NCBI RefSeq assembly: GCF_009914755.1
Contig: NC_060943.1
Length of the DNA: 64,000 nucleotides
Reading direction: 5' to 3' (one strand)
DNA from: the human T2T-CHM13v2.0 reference genome, Homo sapiens
The position numbers and the translations under genes were made by a program. Shown piece after piece: positions 39,140 through 53,320 of this stretch; position 1 is the stretch's first letter; every line of letters begins with the position of its first letter. The notes below the pieces were generated by a model that was not told where the DNA came from, did no database searches, and saw only the letters and a list, made by a program, of their open reading frames with translations.

Positions 39140-39431
39140 GTACTTTGGACTGAACAATGACCCCAAAATTCATTTGTTGAAGCCCCAAACCCCAATGTGA
39201 GTGTATGTCAAAATAGGATCTTTAGGGAGTATCATTAAATGAGGTCGAGGGACACAAGGGGCTGTGGGGAGGGAGAGCGAGAGTGAGAGCACGACCCGTT
39301 TCTTGGTCTCCATCATGTGAAGACATGAGGAATTAGGCATTTACATGCCAGGAAGAGAGCTCTCACCAGAAGTGGGCCATGCTGGCACTCTGATCTCAGA
39401 TTTTCAGCCTCCAGAAACATGCGAATATAAA
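39140..39431 (+). mobile_element. MaLR (MLT1A/B-like) LTR, 5' part; host of the HERV-I insertion
   Basis: Typical CCATGCTGGCACTCTGATCTCAGATTTTCAGCCTCCAGAA; continues at 52498. Confidence 0.75.
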
Positions 39432-41653
39432 TGTTAAAAACAAGTAGTTTAGATAGTTCCTCTTCAAAGGGTTTCATTTTGTTACAAAGTGTTCCTCTGC
39501 AAGAGGTCTTTACTTCCTTGTACTGTCTGTCCTGAAGTCTTATTTCCCTGTTGCTTAAATTAACCTTGCCCACCAGTCTATCAGCCCCTCCCATCCTGCT
39601 GTGCTCAGGCATGCCCACCAAGAAGTCACCCCCTCCCTGCTGTAACAGCCTTCCCTGCCACAACTGTTCTTCCCTGTACTCTTCAAATTAGCTAACTGCA
39701 TTCAGTTTAGACTGTGTGGTTCAACCCCAACCAATAGGGGAATGACACATCAACTAAGGCCAAGTGCATTAGGGATTAAAAACCCCTGCTGTCTTTTGTC
39801 TGATGAGCTCTTGCCATTGCTCCATCCACGAGACACATGCTTCTGTAGAAGTAAATTTGACTTTCTGAGAAAATTTATGTTCGACTGCTATTTCTTTTGC
39901 AGCACAAATAGTATGTTTCTAACAATTTGGTGGCCTGTACAAGGACCCCATTCTCCTCCCAGAGGGTTTTCCATCCTCTCCTGTGAGGACACATGCCCCA
40001 CTGCCTCATTGCAGTAGCCTCAGGGGTAAGGAATGGAGACCCCCCTAGTGTGATGAATAAACCCGGACTCTCAGCAACATGGGAAGAAAAGACCTACAAA
40101 TACCGTGGTGACCAGATAACTCTGTCCACAGACCAAGGTAAGAAATGCTGCAGGAGCTGGCAAAGTATTTCCTAGGTGGTCATGACCAAGCTAAGAAAAG
40201 CCACAGGGGCAGTGAAATATTCCTTGGTGAGGACACACCAAGGCATGAAAAACTGCGGGGGTGGTGAAGTATTCCTTGGAAGGGGTATCTTGGAAGTTAA
40301 TAGTGTATGAATAAGATGCACAATTGCATGTGAAATGAGTGTTAAGTCTAGATCTGCAGTTCTGTGGTCACCTCATATGGCTTAGGGTGACCCACCTGTA
40401 AAGGAGTCCAGGATGGGGGTTTATACCAACCCACCAATGCCAAGAGGGACCTAACATGGCTAGAGAAGGATGAAGTGAAAGAAGAGGCAAAAAATTCCCA
40501 GTAGGGGGGATTGAGCCTCACAGGAACCTCCAGTAGCAAGGAAGGCAAAAAATTTCCATTAGGGGAAATTGAGCCTCACCCCATATTGCAAGAAATTTCC
40601 AGTAGGGGAAATTGAGACTTACCCCAAAAGGCAAGAAATCTCCAGTAGGGGAGATTGAGCCTCACCCTAAAACCATCAAGATGGGAAATACCCCAAACAA
40701 GGTAAGAAAAAGGATAAAGCTAGCAACAATAATATTCCCCTGATAGTCCCCTAGGCCTAATGTTAAAATATTAGAAGAATAATGAAAAGACCTTAGAGAA
40801 ATGATAATTAAAAGAATTAGAGAATCTGTACCCTGTATCCAAAACATTACAAAAGCTTTCAATACACAACAAGAAAAAAATAAATGACCTATAAAATTCT
40901 GAAAAAAACTCAAAGAGCAAATGGAGAAATATGCAAATCTAGAATAGAAGACCCCCTCAGATGAGGGATGTTAAAGCTTCATTTTGTTACTAATCGTTGG
41001 CCAGATATTAACAAAATATTACAAAAAATAGAGAACCAGAAATACAGACCTATAGAAGAGTTTCTTTAAAAAGCCCAAAAAAACACCAGTGCAGTGGCTC
41101 ATGCCTGAAATCTCAGCACTTTGGGAGGCCAAGGCAGGCAGATCACCCGAGGTCAGGAGTTCAAGACCAGCCTAACCAAAATGGAGAAACCCCATCTCTA
41201 CTAAAGTTACAAAATTACCCAGGCATGGTGGCACTTGCTTGTAATCCCAACTACTTGGGAGGCTGAGGCAGGAGAATCACTTGAACCCAGGAGGCAGAAG
41301 TTGCAGGAGCTGAGATCACACCACTGCACTCCAGCCCAGGCAACGAGTGAAACTCTGTCTCAAAAAAAAAAAAATCCCAAACAGTATATGTAAGAAGAGA
41401 AAAAGAAAAACAAAAGCAAAAGGCAAAAATCTTGCTGTCCACCATACAACAAAGTACCAAGGGAGCCAGACATATAAAGAACCTAGACCACCACTGTCCA
41501 GGTGATATAAAATGTATGAAAGAGTAAAGCCAGGAGACTCAAAGGAAGAAAAAAAAAAGACAGAAAAATTGTTTCAAATGTGAAAAAATAGGTCACTTTA
41601 AAAGACAATGTCCCAAGTGAGAAAGAGGAAGAGACTGAGTGTGAGGGAGAGAA

Positions 41654-44600
41654 TGCTGAGACCAGATCGGTCAGGGAGACCCTAACCCAGTAGCGCTAGA
41701 AGAATTGAAGACACACACACAGAAATATAGAGGTGTGAAGTGGGAAATCAGGGGTCTCACAGCCTTCAGAGCTGAGAGCCCCAAACAGAGATTTACCCAC
41801 GTATTTATTAACAGCAAACCAGTCATTAGCATTGTTTCTATAGATGTTAAATTAACTAAAAGTATCCCTTATGGGAAATGAAGGGATGGGCCAAATTAAA
41901 GGAATAGGTTGGGCTAGTTAACTGCAGCAGAAGCATGTCCTTAAGGCACAGATCACTCATGATATTGTTTGTGGCTTAAGAATGCCTTTAAGCAGTTTTC
42001 CACCCTGGGCGGGTCAGGTATTCCTTGCCCTCATTCCGGTAAACCCCCAACCTTCCAGAGCGGGCATTGGGGCCATTATGAACATGTTACTGTGCTGCAG
42101 AGATTTTGTTTATAGCCAGTTTTGGAGCCAGTTTATGGCCAGATTTTGGGAGGCCTGCTCCCAACATGTCCCCCTTCTTTGATTTGCAGATTGATAAAAG
42201 CAAAGGAGCTTTGTCATGGTGAGCTACTTCTCATAGGAGTCAGGATCTGCATCTGAAGACTATACAAAGATAAATAACATGGATTAAAAGCACAATCATC
42301 ATTGAAATTACAGAGCTTCCAAGTGTTTTTATCCATTTTAATGGGTTACTAGCTGCTAATTTGTCTGCAGCTCCTTTAAGCACCCCAGTTCCTGGCATTA
42401 AGGTCAGGTGTGCCTGGGATGTTTTAAAATCTGTTCTTTTAATTTTGCAATATCCAAAAACAAGTCTGTAGAGTGTCCTTTTAGATACTTTTTTATTCTT
42501 TCCAAAATTGTGATCTTATTAAGAGCTATTAATAGTTTCCACAAATCCTTAATGTTTAGCTCCTACAATGAGCCATATCATTTGAGGTTGAAGTGCCACT
42601 ATACTGCTATGGTTCCAGATAATAGGAACTCTTGTTGTACTTCTTATCATTTCTACCATCTGACCATTTTGTTCAGACCAGCTGAACATAGTGTGGCTGG
42701 GGCATGCAGACTGAGAGGTGCAATTCAAGCTAAACATCCCCTTAGGGGACCAATCAATAAAGATTCCATAGGAATCATTGTGTAGCACCTCTACCTGTTC
42801 TGCAATGCAATTTTCCTAAACAAGCACATTCATTTTTTCTAACTGGGTCCAATCCTGTTTACAAATAGGTTTTTGAGGGTGGTATGCCTCAATTATAGGA
42901 GCAGATTTATTATGGTAAATACTGAGATCAGAAAGCATGTGTAACTGGGTCATAGAGTGATTGCATCCAGGCATTATTGCCAGCCAAGATTGATCAATAT
43001 GCCCAATAAGTATAATTGTTCTCTGTGTCAGCTCTTATTGAAGGAATACTCACAGCAGTGGTGATAACCACTATGATAGCTACCATTAAATTATTCATTG
43101 TGACTGGTTGTCCCACTTTCCTCAGTTTTTCTTCCACCATCTGTGACAGCTTCTTGATCTGTCCCCAGGTGGGTGGCTGTGTTCAACGGGTGTTACTCGT
43201 GACAGTTGGGGTCCTCCTCAGCATCAGTCTTGACATGGCTGCAACTGGGGGGTCCTTGGGATCCTCCCGGAGTCTCTTCCTCGGCATCTGGCTCATGATA
43301 AGGTTTCAGGTGTCTTGATGGTATCCAAATTGGCTGTTGATTTTGGCCTGGAGAAACACAAGCATAACCTCTACCCTAAGTTATTATTTTACCTATTTCC
43401 CATCTTTTTATTATTGGATCTCTCCACCAAATCAGTTGTTCTGTTTCTGTCTTTGCAGCTGGTTTCTGTAGATGCTGTTCAGCTGCTGATAACATCTGGC
43501 CTTTGGGCAGGTTCAAAAAATTTAATGTTAATAATGTTAGATTCAGTTGTATCTGTGTGGTTCCATATTCTCCGTCTCCCCTTTTCTGCTTTTGCAACTG
43601 CTGTTTTAGGGAGAGATTCATTCTTTCCACTATGGCTTGTCTTTGAGAATTGTATGGGATACCAGTAATGTGTTTAATACTCCACATAGAGAAAAATGTA
43701 GCTAGAGATTGGCTAGTATATCCTGGGGCATTATCTGTTTTAATAGAAGCTGGAATGCCCATCACCACAAAACACTGCAAAAGATGATGTTTCAGACAGG
43801 CCAAACACTCTCCTGATTAGCATGTAGCCCATATAAAGTGAGAAAAGGTGTCCACACATACACATATATAAGCTAGTCTCCCAAACGAAGGAACATGTGT
43901 GACATCCATTTGCCAAAAAGAGTTAGGTTCCAATCCTCAAGGAATAACTCCTCCTGTAAAAGATGAGGAATGTACCATTTGGCAAGTTGGGCATCACTGG
44001 ATAATATTTTTAGCTTCTTTCCTGGTAATTCTGTATCTGCGTTTGAGACCAGAGGCATTAACATGGGTTAAATTGTGAAAATGTCTAACATTAGATACTG
44101 CATTAGCATCTAGGCAATCAGGCTTTTGATTCCCTTCAGTCAAAGGTCCTGGAAGAGGTGTATGAGCCCTAATGTGACTGATGTAAAAAGGGTGCATTCT
44201 ACTTCTAACTGCTGTTTGCAACTGGGTAAATAAAGTCATCAGTTGTTCATCTGTATGAAATAATAACTGAGCATTTTCAATTAACTGTCTGCAATGAACC
44301 ACTATGAAGAATCAGAAATCACATTAATAGGCATATCAAAAGCAGTCAATACCTCAATTACTGCTAGAAGCTCCGCTTTTTGAGCTGAAGTATAGGGCGT
44401 CTGGAAAACTTTACTTTTTGAGACAAAATAAGAAGCTTTACCATTACTAGACCCATCTGTAATAACATTCTCAGCACCTTCAATTGGTTTAAATTTAGTT
44501 ATTTTGGGGAGAATCCAATTAGTTAATTTCAAAAACTGAAACAGCTTTGTTTTAGGAAAATGATTATCAAGAATACCCACAAAGTCAGCTAAATGGGTTT

Positions 44601-47600
44601 GACAAGTAAGACTATTTATAAAAGCTTGCTGTATTTGTGCCTTCGTGAGAGGGACAATAACTTTTCCAGGATCATATCCATGTAATTTAACAATCCAAGT
44701 TCTCCCAATCCCTATCATAATAGCAATTTGGTCTAAATAAGGAGTTAGAGTCCATGAATTAGTATGTAGAAGAAAAACCCACTCTACTAAGTCCTGTTCT
44801 TGGAAAATAACACCAGTAGGTGAATGCTGAGTTGAAAAAATTAGCAAATCTAGAGTCTTCTCTGGATCTATTCTATTTATTTGAGCTTTATGGACTTGTT
44901 TCTCAATCAGTTGTAACTGCCTCAGCCTCCTTTGTTAAATGCCAAGGGCTAGTGAGACTAGGATTTCCTCTAAGGATAGAAAACAGATTACTCACGGCAT
45001 AGGTAGGAATGCCTAGAGCAGGTCGTATCCAATTAATTTCCCCTAGTAATTTTCAAAAGTCATTTAATGTTTTTAATTGATCCCTACATATGGTTACTTT
45101 CTGTGGCACAATGATAGTGTCATTTACTAAGGTCCCCAAGTAGGAGTAAGGAGTAGTAGTAGTCTGAATTTTCTCGGTTGCTATAATTAAACCAGTGCAA
45201 GAAATCGAATTTTGCAAGTGATCATAACATTGGAGTAATATTTCTCAAATGGGGACAGCACAAACTATATCATCCATATAATGAATAATGTAACACCAAA
45301 AATTTTTTACAAGTAGGTTCAATTGCTTGCACCACGTACATCTGGCAAATTGTTGGACTGTTTAACATGCCCTGTGGCAACACTTTCCAATGATAATGCT
45401 TAGCAGGCTACAGGTTGTTTACTGCTGGAATTGTAAATGCAAACCGTTCACAGTCTTGCTCAGCTAAAGGGACAGTAAAGAAACATTCTTTTATATCTAT
45501 GACTATTAAAGTCCAATTTTTTGGAATTATAGCAGAAGAAGGCAATCCTGGCTGTAATGCTCCCACAGGTTGTATAACTGAATTGATAGTTCTTAAGTCA
45601 GTTAACATTCTCCATTTACCTAATTTTTTCTTAATTAAGAAAACTGAAGCATTCCAAGGGGAAAATGTTGGAGCTATGTGCCCATTTTCTAATTGTTCAG
45701 TAACTAATTTCTCTAAAGCCTCCAGTTTCTCTTTACTTAGCGGCCATTGTTCTATCCGAATTGGCTTATCTGTTAACCATTTTAAAGGTATAGGTTCTGG
45801 AGGCTTAACAATGGCCGCCATCAAAAATGACATCCCAATCTTTGGCAGGAACTTTGTCTTTCCACTTGAAGTGGTTTTTTCAAACCTTGCAAATTTTTTT
45901 CTAGTCCCATACCAGGGACATACCCCATTTCATGCATCATATGTTGATTTTGAGGGCTATATAATTGTTCTGGAATTAGAACTTGTGCTCCCCATTGTTG
46001 TAATAAATCTCTTCCCCATAAATTTATAGGTACATAAGTTATAATTGGTTGAATAGTCCCAGGTTGTCCATCGGGCCCTTCACAATGCAAAATATAACTA
46101 CTTTGATATACTTCAGGGGCATTACCAACTCCAACTATGTTAAATTGAGCAGGTTGAATTGGCCACGTGGATGGCCAGTGCTGGAGAGAAATGATTGAAA
46201 TGTCATCTCCTGTGTCTACCAAACCTTTAAATTTCTTTCCCTGAATAGTTATTTCACAGGCAGGACATTTATCAGTAATTTGATTTACCCAATAAGCTGC
46301 TTTGCCTTGTTTATTTGTGCTTCCAAATCCTCCTGTTCACTTAATTTCACTTTTCCCCATTCCCACATGTGGCACAATCAGGGGCTGTGGTATGCACTCT
46401 CCTGGCTCTGCTTTCCAGGGAACAGAAGTAGATATAACAATTTGAATTTCCCAAATGTAATCTGAATCAATGACTCCTGTATGTATTTGTATGCCTTTTA
46501 AACTTTAACTAGGCCTTCCTAAAAGTAATCCTATTGTCCCTTCTCGCAAGGGTCCACAGACTCCTGTTGGGACCTTTTGCAAGGCTTCCCCAGGCAGAAG
46601 GCTTACAGCTTTTGTGCAGCATAAATCTACTGCAGCACTACCAGCTGTGGCAGGGGACAGATATTGTACAGGGGTGAGGGAACGGCCTGAGTTGGAAATG
46701 CCCCACTTTAGAATGGGGCCCAGGACAGGCCCCTCATGGTGTTTCCTGAAATTGGGTTCCCATCTTTATCAAACTTAGGGTGACACTGATTAGCCCAATG
46801 TTTTCCTTTTTTATATTTTGGACATATTTCAGGATCAGCAGTTTTCTTTCTTCCCCTATCTGGCAGGCTGACTCGCTGATTTTTTCTACATTCTTTTTTA
46901 GTATGACCATGCTTCCCACAGTTAAAACAAGCTCCAGGAAATGGAATATTTCCTTTATCCACTCTCAGTCCTGCCATTGCCTGTGCCAACAAAGTAGCTT
47001 TATGCAGATTACCTCCGATACCATCACAGGACTTGATATAATCAACTAAATGTGCTTTCCTGAATTTAAAAGGAAAAGGCTCAAATGTAGCTATAATATT
47101 TCCCTGTTGATCTAGGGGGTGTATTCTAACAGGGAACTGCCAAGCCTCTAAATCACCCCTCGTCTAGCTTGCTGAATTCCTGCCTGAGCTCAAACAGTCA
47201 CTGGGGCAACTACTTTTCACCCAGTGTCCTCCGGAAAAGAAAGATCTGGAGGGTCTTTTTCTTCAAAATAATAATGACGGGGTGCAGAAGGGTAGAGATG
47301 AACCTCTCCCTCCTTTGCTGCTTTAGCTTTAGCTGGCAAATAAACCTGCTCTGTAACCTCTTCTGTTACTTTGTTATACTCTAGTTCCTCATCATCATCA
47401 GCGTGAAAAAGCTCCAAGGTGAAACGAACCAGACCCCACACCTGTCCCATTGTTACCCTGATGCTTCCAAGCTCCCCTTCTTACTCACCATGGGGATTGC
47501 TTTAAGAGTGCTCGGGTGTCCTCCAGCTAGTTTTCCATTCCAACCATCGCTCTGGTGACACTTCAACCTGGATTCAAACCCCCACGATGGACACCACTTG

Positions 47601-48111
47601 CCGAAACCAGCCCAGTCAGGGAGACCCTAACCCAGTGGTGCTAGAGGAATTAAAGACACACACACAGAAATATAGAGGTGTGAAGTGGGAAATCAGGGGT
47701 CTCACAGCCTTCAGAGCTGAGAGCCCCAAACAGAGATTTACCCACGTATTTATTAACAGCAAACCAGTCATTAGCATTATCTCTATACATGTTAAATTAA
47801 CTAAAAGTATCCCTTATGGGAAATGAAGAGATGGGCTGAATTAAAGGAATAGGTTGGGCTAGTTAACTGCAGCAGAAGCATGTCCTTAAGGCACAGATCG
47901 CTCATGCTATTGTTTGTGGCTTAAGAATGCCTTTAAGCCATTTTCCGCCCTGAGCAGGCCAGGTGTTCCTTGTCCTCATTCCGGTAAACCCACAACCTTC
48001 CAGCGTGGGCATTAGGGCCATTATGAACATGTTACAGTGCTGCAGAGGTTTTGTTTATGGCCAGTTTTAGGGCCAGTTTATGGCCACATTTTGAGGGGCC
48101 TGCTCCCAACA
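41654..48111 (-). mobile_element. HERV-K(HML-3)/HERVK9 provirus with MER9a LTRs (47599-48111, 41654-42166), nested in HERV-I
   Basis: TSD GAGAA, PBS-Lys-like, gag knuckle CFNCGKHGHTKKEC, protease VDTGDD, RT ([16 protein letters not shown]), integrase (IKTDNAPGY), env remnant, PPT; all frames broken. Confidence 0.93.
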
Positions 48112-48427
48112 GAGAAGAAACAGGGGATGACAGAGAGAGAGAAAAAAAGAGAGATTGCAAATGAGATAGAGACTTAAAAAAAAACCCTATGAGTCTAAAA
48201 ATAAAAAATGTAGAGAGAAACAAAAAAATTAGAGACAGAGATAGAAGGAGAGAATGAGTGAGAAAGAGACTAAACGAGACAGAGATCAGAGAGGGACACA
48301 GAAAGTGAGACTAAGGAGAGAAATAGTGTAGAAGAGAGAGGAGGCCAGGAGCAGTGGCTCACACCTGTAATCCCAGCACTTTGGGAGGCTGAGGCAGGTG
48401 GATCACGAGGTCAAGAGATCGAGACTA

Positions 48428-48622
<195 letters not shown>

Positions 48623-48988
48623 TCAAAAAAAAAAAATTGCAAAAATAAAAAAAGAGGAAAAGACAGGAGACAAAGAGACAAAAAGTGAGTGAGCAGGTGA
48701 GGAGAGAGATTGAGAACTATGAGAGACAGCAACTAGTAGAAAAAGGAGGCAGGAGACTGCTTGGGTGCCACAGCACCCACACCATCCTCTTGCCCCTGTC
48801 ATTTGGACCCAATAGCTGACCCTTGATAGAGGAGAGCAGACCTCGCAGCAGCCTGAGCCTGGGCAGCCGTGCCTCCACCATCTCCCCACTCAGCAGCCTA
48901 AGTCCCAAGCTATATGTGATGCAACTCTCAGAGTCTATGGATGTGTAAAAATGTATACTCTGGCAAACAACTTACAGATAGTTACCTA

Positions 48989-48993
48989 ATATA

Positions 48994-49063
<70 letters not shown>

Positions 49064-49066
49064 CAC
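48989..49066. repeat. (ATAC)n-(GT)n-(AT)n compound microsatellite inside HERV-I
   Basis: Direct reading. Confidence 0.9.
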
Positions 49067-52000
49067 TAATAAGCAAACTCTAAGAAAGTCACCCCTTGGA
49101 GGAAGGGAGCCAGGATTAAGGCCGTTCTAAAGTGTCCAAACTGATTACACCAAAATGGCCCCAAATTGGTTGCCTAAAGTACCTACTAGTAATGTAAATC
49201 ACCTTACTCACTAGGTAGAGGCTATTCTCTTTTCAAGTGCAACAGCCAGTAATGTAGTTAAAGCATTAATTGAAAACATTATACCCAAGTTTAGATTAAT
49301 AGAAAATATTGATTCAGAAAATAAGACTTATTTCACTGCACATGCCGTTAAAAAATTAGCCCAAGTACTAATCATAACATAAAAATACCATACCCCCGGC
49401 ACCCACCTTCATCAGGAAGAATATAAAAAAAACAAACTCTAAGAATTCATCTAACCGAATTAGTTTTAGAGATTCGGTTACCATAGACTAAATGCCTCCC
49501 CATTGCCTTGTTAAGAGTCAGGAATGCCCCTCGGAAAGATGGTGGCTTATCCCCTTATGAAATGGTATATGGGTTGCCTTATTTACACTCCACTGCTGAC
49601 ATTCCTACATTCGAAACAAACAAACAAAAAATCAGTTTTGCAAAAACTATATACTTAGTCTACCTTCCACTCTCTCTTCCCTCAGAACTAAAGGCCTTTT
49701 AGCACAGGCACCACCCCTGGATTTCCCAGCACACCTGCATCAACCTGGAGATCACGTTTTCATTAAGAGCTAGAGGGAAGCAAAACTCGAACCGGCTTTG
49801 GGAAGGACCCTTCCTAGTGCTTCTAACCACCAAGACCACAGTTGAAACAGCAAAGAGGATGGACCCATCACACCCGGGTCAAAAAAGCACCACCCCCTCC
49901 AGAATCATGGACAGTTATTCCAGGGCCAACTCCAAACAAGCTAAAGCTAAAACGGGTTTAATCCTCTTATGTTGCAACTCTTTCTTTTCCCCTTCTATTA
50001 CTAGTCCTCTCATGATTAATGTAACTAAGTCAAGTTCACCCCAAACTATTACTTTTAATGCTTGCCTTTTGATGCTCTGTGGAGATTTACCAAGCCAGAG
50101 GTAACACTCCACTTCAGAAAAGTATCTTTGTCCTTCCTAGCTCTCCTCAGACTAAAAATCTGTTAACTAGGATAAGTTAGTTTAAAAATAGCTTGACAAA
50201 GATTCCAGTATAAACTGGAATCTTGTCCTCCTAGGGCAGAGCTTCTCTGCCAAAGTTGGTCCAATGCTCTATAAAATACTAAAGAACAAGGATAGATTGC
50301 TCTAACTAGTACTTGCAGTTTCTTAAAACCTTATATTTATTTTACTAAAGCACTTACCCCTCCCAATTGTCAGCTGAACCATCATAATCCAGTACAGATT
50401 ACCATCTCTGCTCCCCAGAGTTCTTCCCCTTCATTAAGCTACGTCTATAGTATAAGAGCAGAAGTATCAGGGAAGGACGCTTTAGGATCCTTTAAAATGC
50501 ACTTCATTGTTTCCCCACCTCCTGCACCCCCTTCTCCCTCTCCAAAGTTCTCTGCTAATCAAATCTTTTCTCATTATATACCCAATGATAAAACCAAAGT
50601 ACCTGTTACAGAGGTTAAAAATTTAAAACAAACTATAGCAATTAAACAGGATATCAAGACACAAATGCTTGGCTGGAATGGATTAAATATTCTGTTCACA
50701 TGCTAAACAAAAGCGACTGTTACTCTTGTGTGACAGGCAAGCCAGAGACCCAAATTGTCCCCTTTCCACTTGGGTGGTCCTCTCATGGACTGGGCATAAG
50801 CTGTATGGCAGCTGGGCATAAACAGTATGGTAGCTGTATGCTAGCCCCCTTCCAAAACCCCACAGCCTGGGGCGATGAGTCATGCGAAACTCTTTCACTG
50901 CTGTTCCCTGAGGTCAAGAGCCCTAAGGGTCAGCCCCTGAGGGCCATCTGGCCTCCAGTCCCTAATATTAACTTCACCTCGTGCCTTTCACTGCAGGGGG
51001 AAAAGTTAGCATTCCTTGGAGACTTAACAGGGTGCAGTGAAACCAAGCCTTTTCAAGAGCTTACCAATCAGTCTGCCTTGTTCATCCCCAAGCAGATGTG
51101 TAGTGGTATTGCGAGGGACTATTGCTGGGTACTCTGCCAAGCCATTAGGGTGGCACTTATGCTCTAGGCCTTTTCCAGGTGAAAAGGCCATCCTTTTCCC
51201 CCTCTCATTTCATCAACCAAGAAAGATAATGGCAAAAGACCACAAAAACAAAAAATGCCCTTCGTGTGTCCTTTAATCCTCATGTTTATATAAATACTAT
51301 TGAAGTTCCACAAAGAGTACCAAATAAATTTAAGGCCCATAACCAAATAGCTGCAGGATTTGAGTCTATATTGTTCTGATAGTTGACTATAAATAAAAAT
51401 GTAAGTTAAATGAATTACATCTATTACAACCAGCAACAATTTAATTATACCAAAGATGCTATTAAAAAAATAGGTCAACAATTAAGGCTCATCAGTCAAA
51501 TGACTTAAGAAAATAAAATAGCATTAAATATAATACTAGCAAAAAAAAAGAGGTAGAATTTGTGTCATAATTAAAACTAAATGTTGTACTTTTATCCCTA
51601 ATAGCACTGCCACCAATGAATCATAACAAAAGTACTACAAGGCATTACTACTTTGTCCAATAAGCTAGCTAAAATTTCTAAAATAAATAATCCCTTCACT
51701 AATTTATTGAAAAATGGTTTAGCAAGTTAAAAGGACTTACGTCCTAAATCCTCACTTCCCTTGCTATTATACTAAATGTGATCATTCTTGTTAAGTGTTG
51801 TATTATCCCTTGCATCCATAAGCTAATTTAGAGGCTTATAAAAACAGCTCTCATTAAAACCTTCCCCAATTCTCCCCTACCCTATTCAGACAAACTTTTC
51901 CTTCTAGATAATAATTTTTTAAAAATTCGACAAATTCAAGCCACGTTAAATAAATTTAAAGAAGGAAGTGTATAAATTCAAGAGGGGTCAAATTGTTAAA

Positions 52001-52497
52001 AACAAGTAGTTCAAACAGTTCCTCTTCAAAGAGTTTCACTTTGTTACAAACAAGGTATTCTTCTCCATGAGGTCTTCACTTCCTTGTACTGTCTCTCCTG
52101 AAGTCTTATTCCCTGGTCTAAATAATTCTTGCCTGCCAATCTATCAACCCCTCCTGCCCTGCTGTGCTCAGACATGCCCGCCAGGAAACCACCCCCTCCC
52201 TGCTGTAACAGCTTTACCCGCAGAAACTGTTCTTCCCTGCGCTCTTCTAATTAGCTAATTACATTTAGCTTAGACTGTGCGGCCGACCCCAACCAATAGG
52301 GGAATGAAACAGCAACTAAGGCCAACAGGGTTAGGGATTAAAAACCCTCTCCATTAAAAATGCTCTCCATTGTGTGATGTGCTCTCGCCATTGCTCCACC
52401 CACAAGATACACTCTTCTATACAAGTAAATTTGCCTAGCTGAGAAAACTTATATTCAAATGCTATTTCTTTTGTGGCACTAAAAATTTGTTCCAACA

Positions 52498-53320
52498 ATA
52501 GATTTCTGTGGTTTTAACCTCACTTATTTAAAATTAAATGGATTTGTAAGCCATTTGGTCTGTGGTATTTTGTTATGGTGGCCTGAGCTAAGGCAGATTT
52601 TGTACTGAGAAGTAGAGGTACTGCAATTAAAAACAAACAAACAAACAAAAAACTAAAAACGTGAAGCAGCTTTGAAACTGACAAATGAGTAGAAGCTCGA
52701 AAAGTTCTGATGTGCAAGCTGGAAATAAGGTTGATAAGGGTAATTCTGGTGAGGTGTCACTGGGGAATGAGGAACATGCTATTGGAAAATAAAGAAAAGA
52801 CAACCCTTGATATAAAGTGGTGAAGAACTTGGCAGAACTGTATTCTAGCATTTTGTGGAAGGTAGAGCTTCAGAGAGATAAAATTGAGTATTTATCACTA
52901 AGATCTGTAATTAAAGTGTTAAAGGACACAGGAAGCTTCATTCTTCCTGACTGCTTACAGGAAAATGCAAAAGAGGAGACTTGAATTGCAGAATAAATTG
53001 TTAAGGAACAAGAAACCAGAACTTGGAGATTTGGAAAATTCTCAGCCTATTCATACTACAAAAATTAGAAAACTTGTACTGAAGAGAATCCTCAAAGTGT
53101 GGCTGAAAAATCATCTCATAAAGAGATCATGAGTGGGATTCATGGACTATATCAGCCATCTTAAGAGAAATGAGGAGAGAGACTGGATTACACTAGAAGA
53201 GACACTGCCACTTACATTGTGCCATGTAAAATGGACAGAGAAGGCAGAACAGAACAGGCAAGGCTGTCACACTTCTTAGATTTTACAAGAAGCGGTCACA
53301 GAAATAATCAGCTTTGAAAG
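52498..53320 (+). mobile_element. MaLR LTR 3' end plus internal sequence (paralogous copy at ~19040-19850)
   Basis: TGTGGTATTTTGTTATGGTGGCCTGAGCTAAG followed by MaLR-int; near-identical block at 19040-19850. Confidence 0.75.

Noticed and set aside
40492-40667. CRISPR-like repeat/spacer appearance
   Set aside because: Primate retroviral leader; degenerate repeats, short related spacers, no cas genes.
43376-47450. HML-3 ORFs as functional genes
   Set aside because: Multiple frameshifts, stops and deletions.
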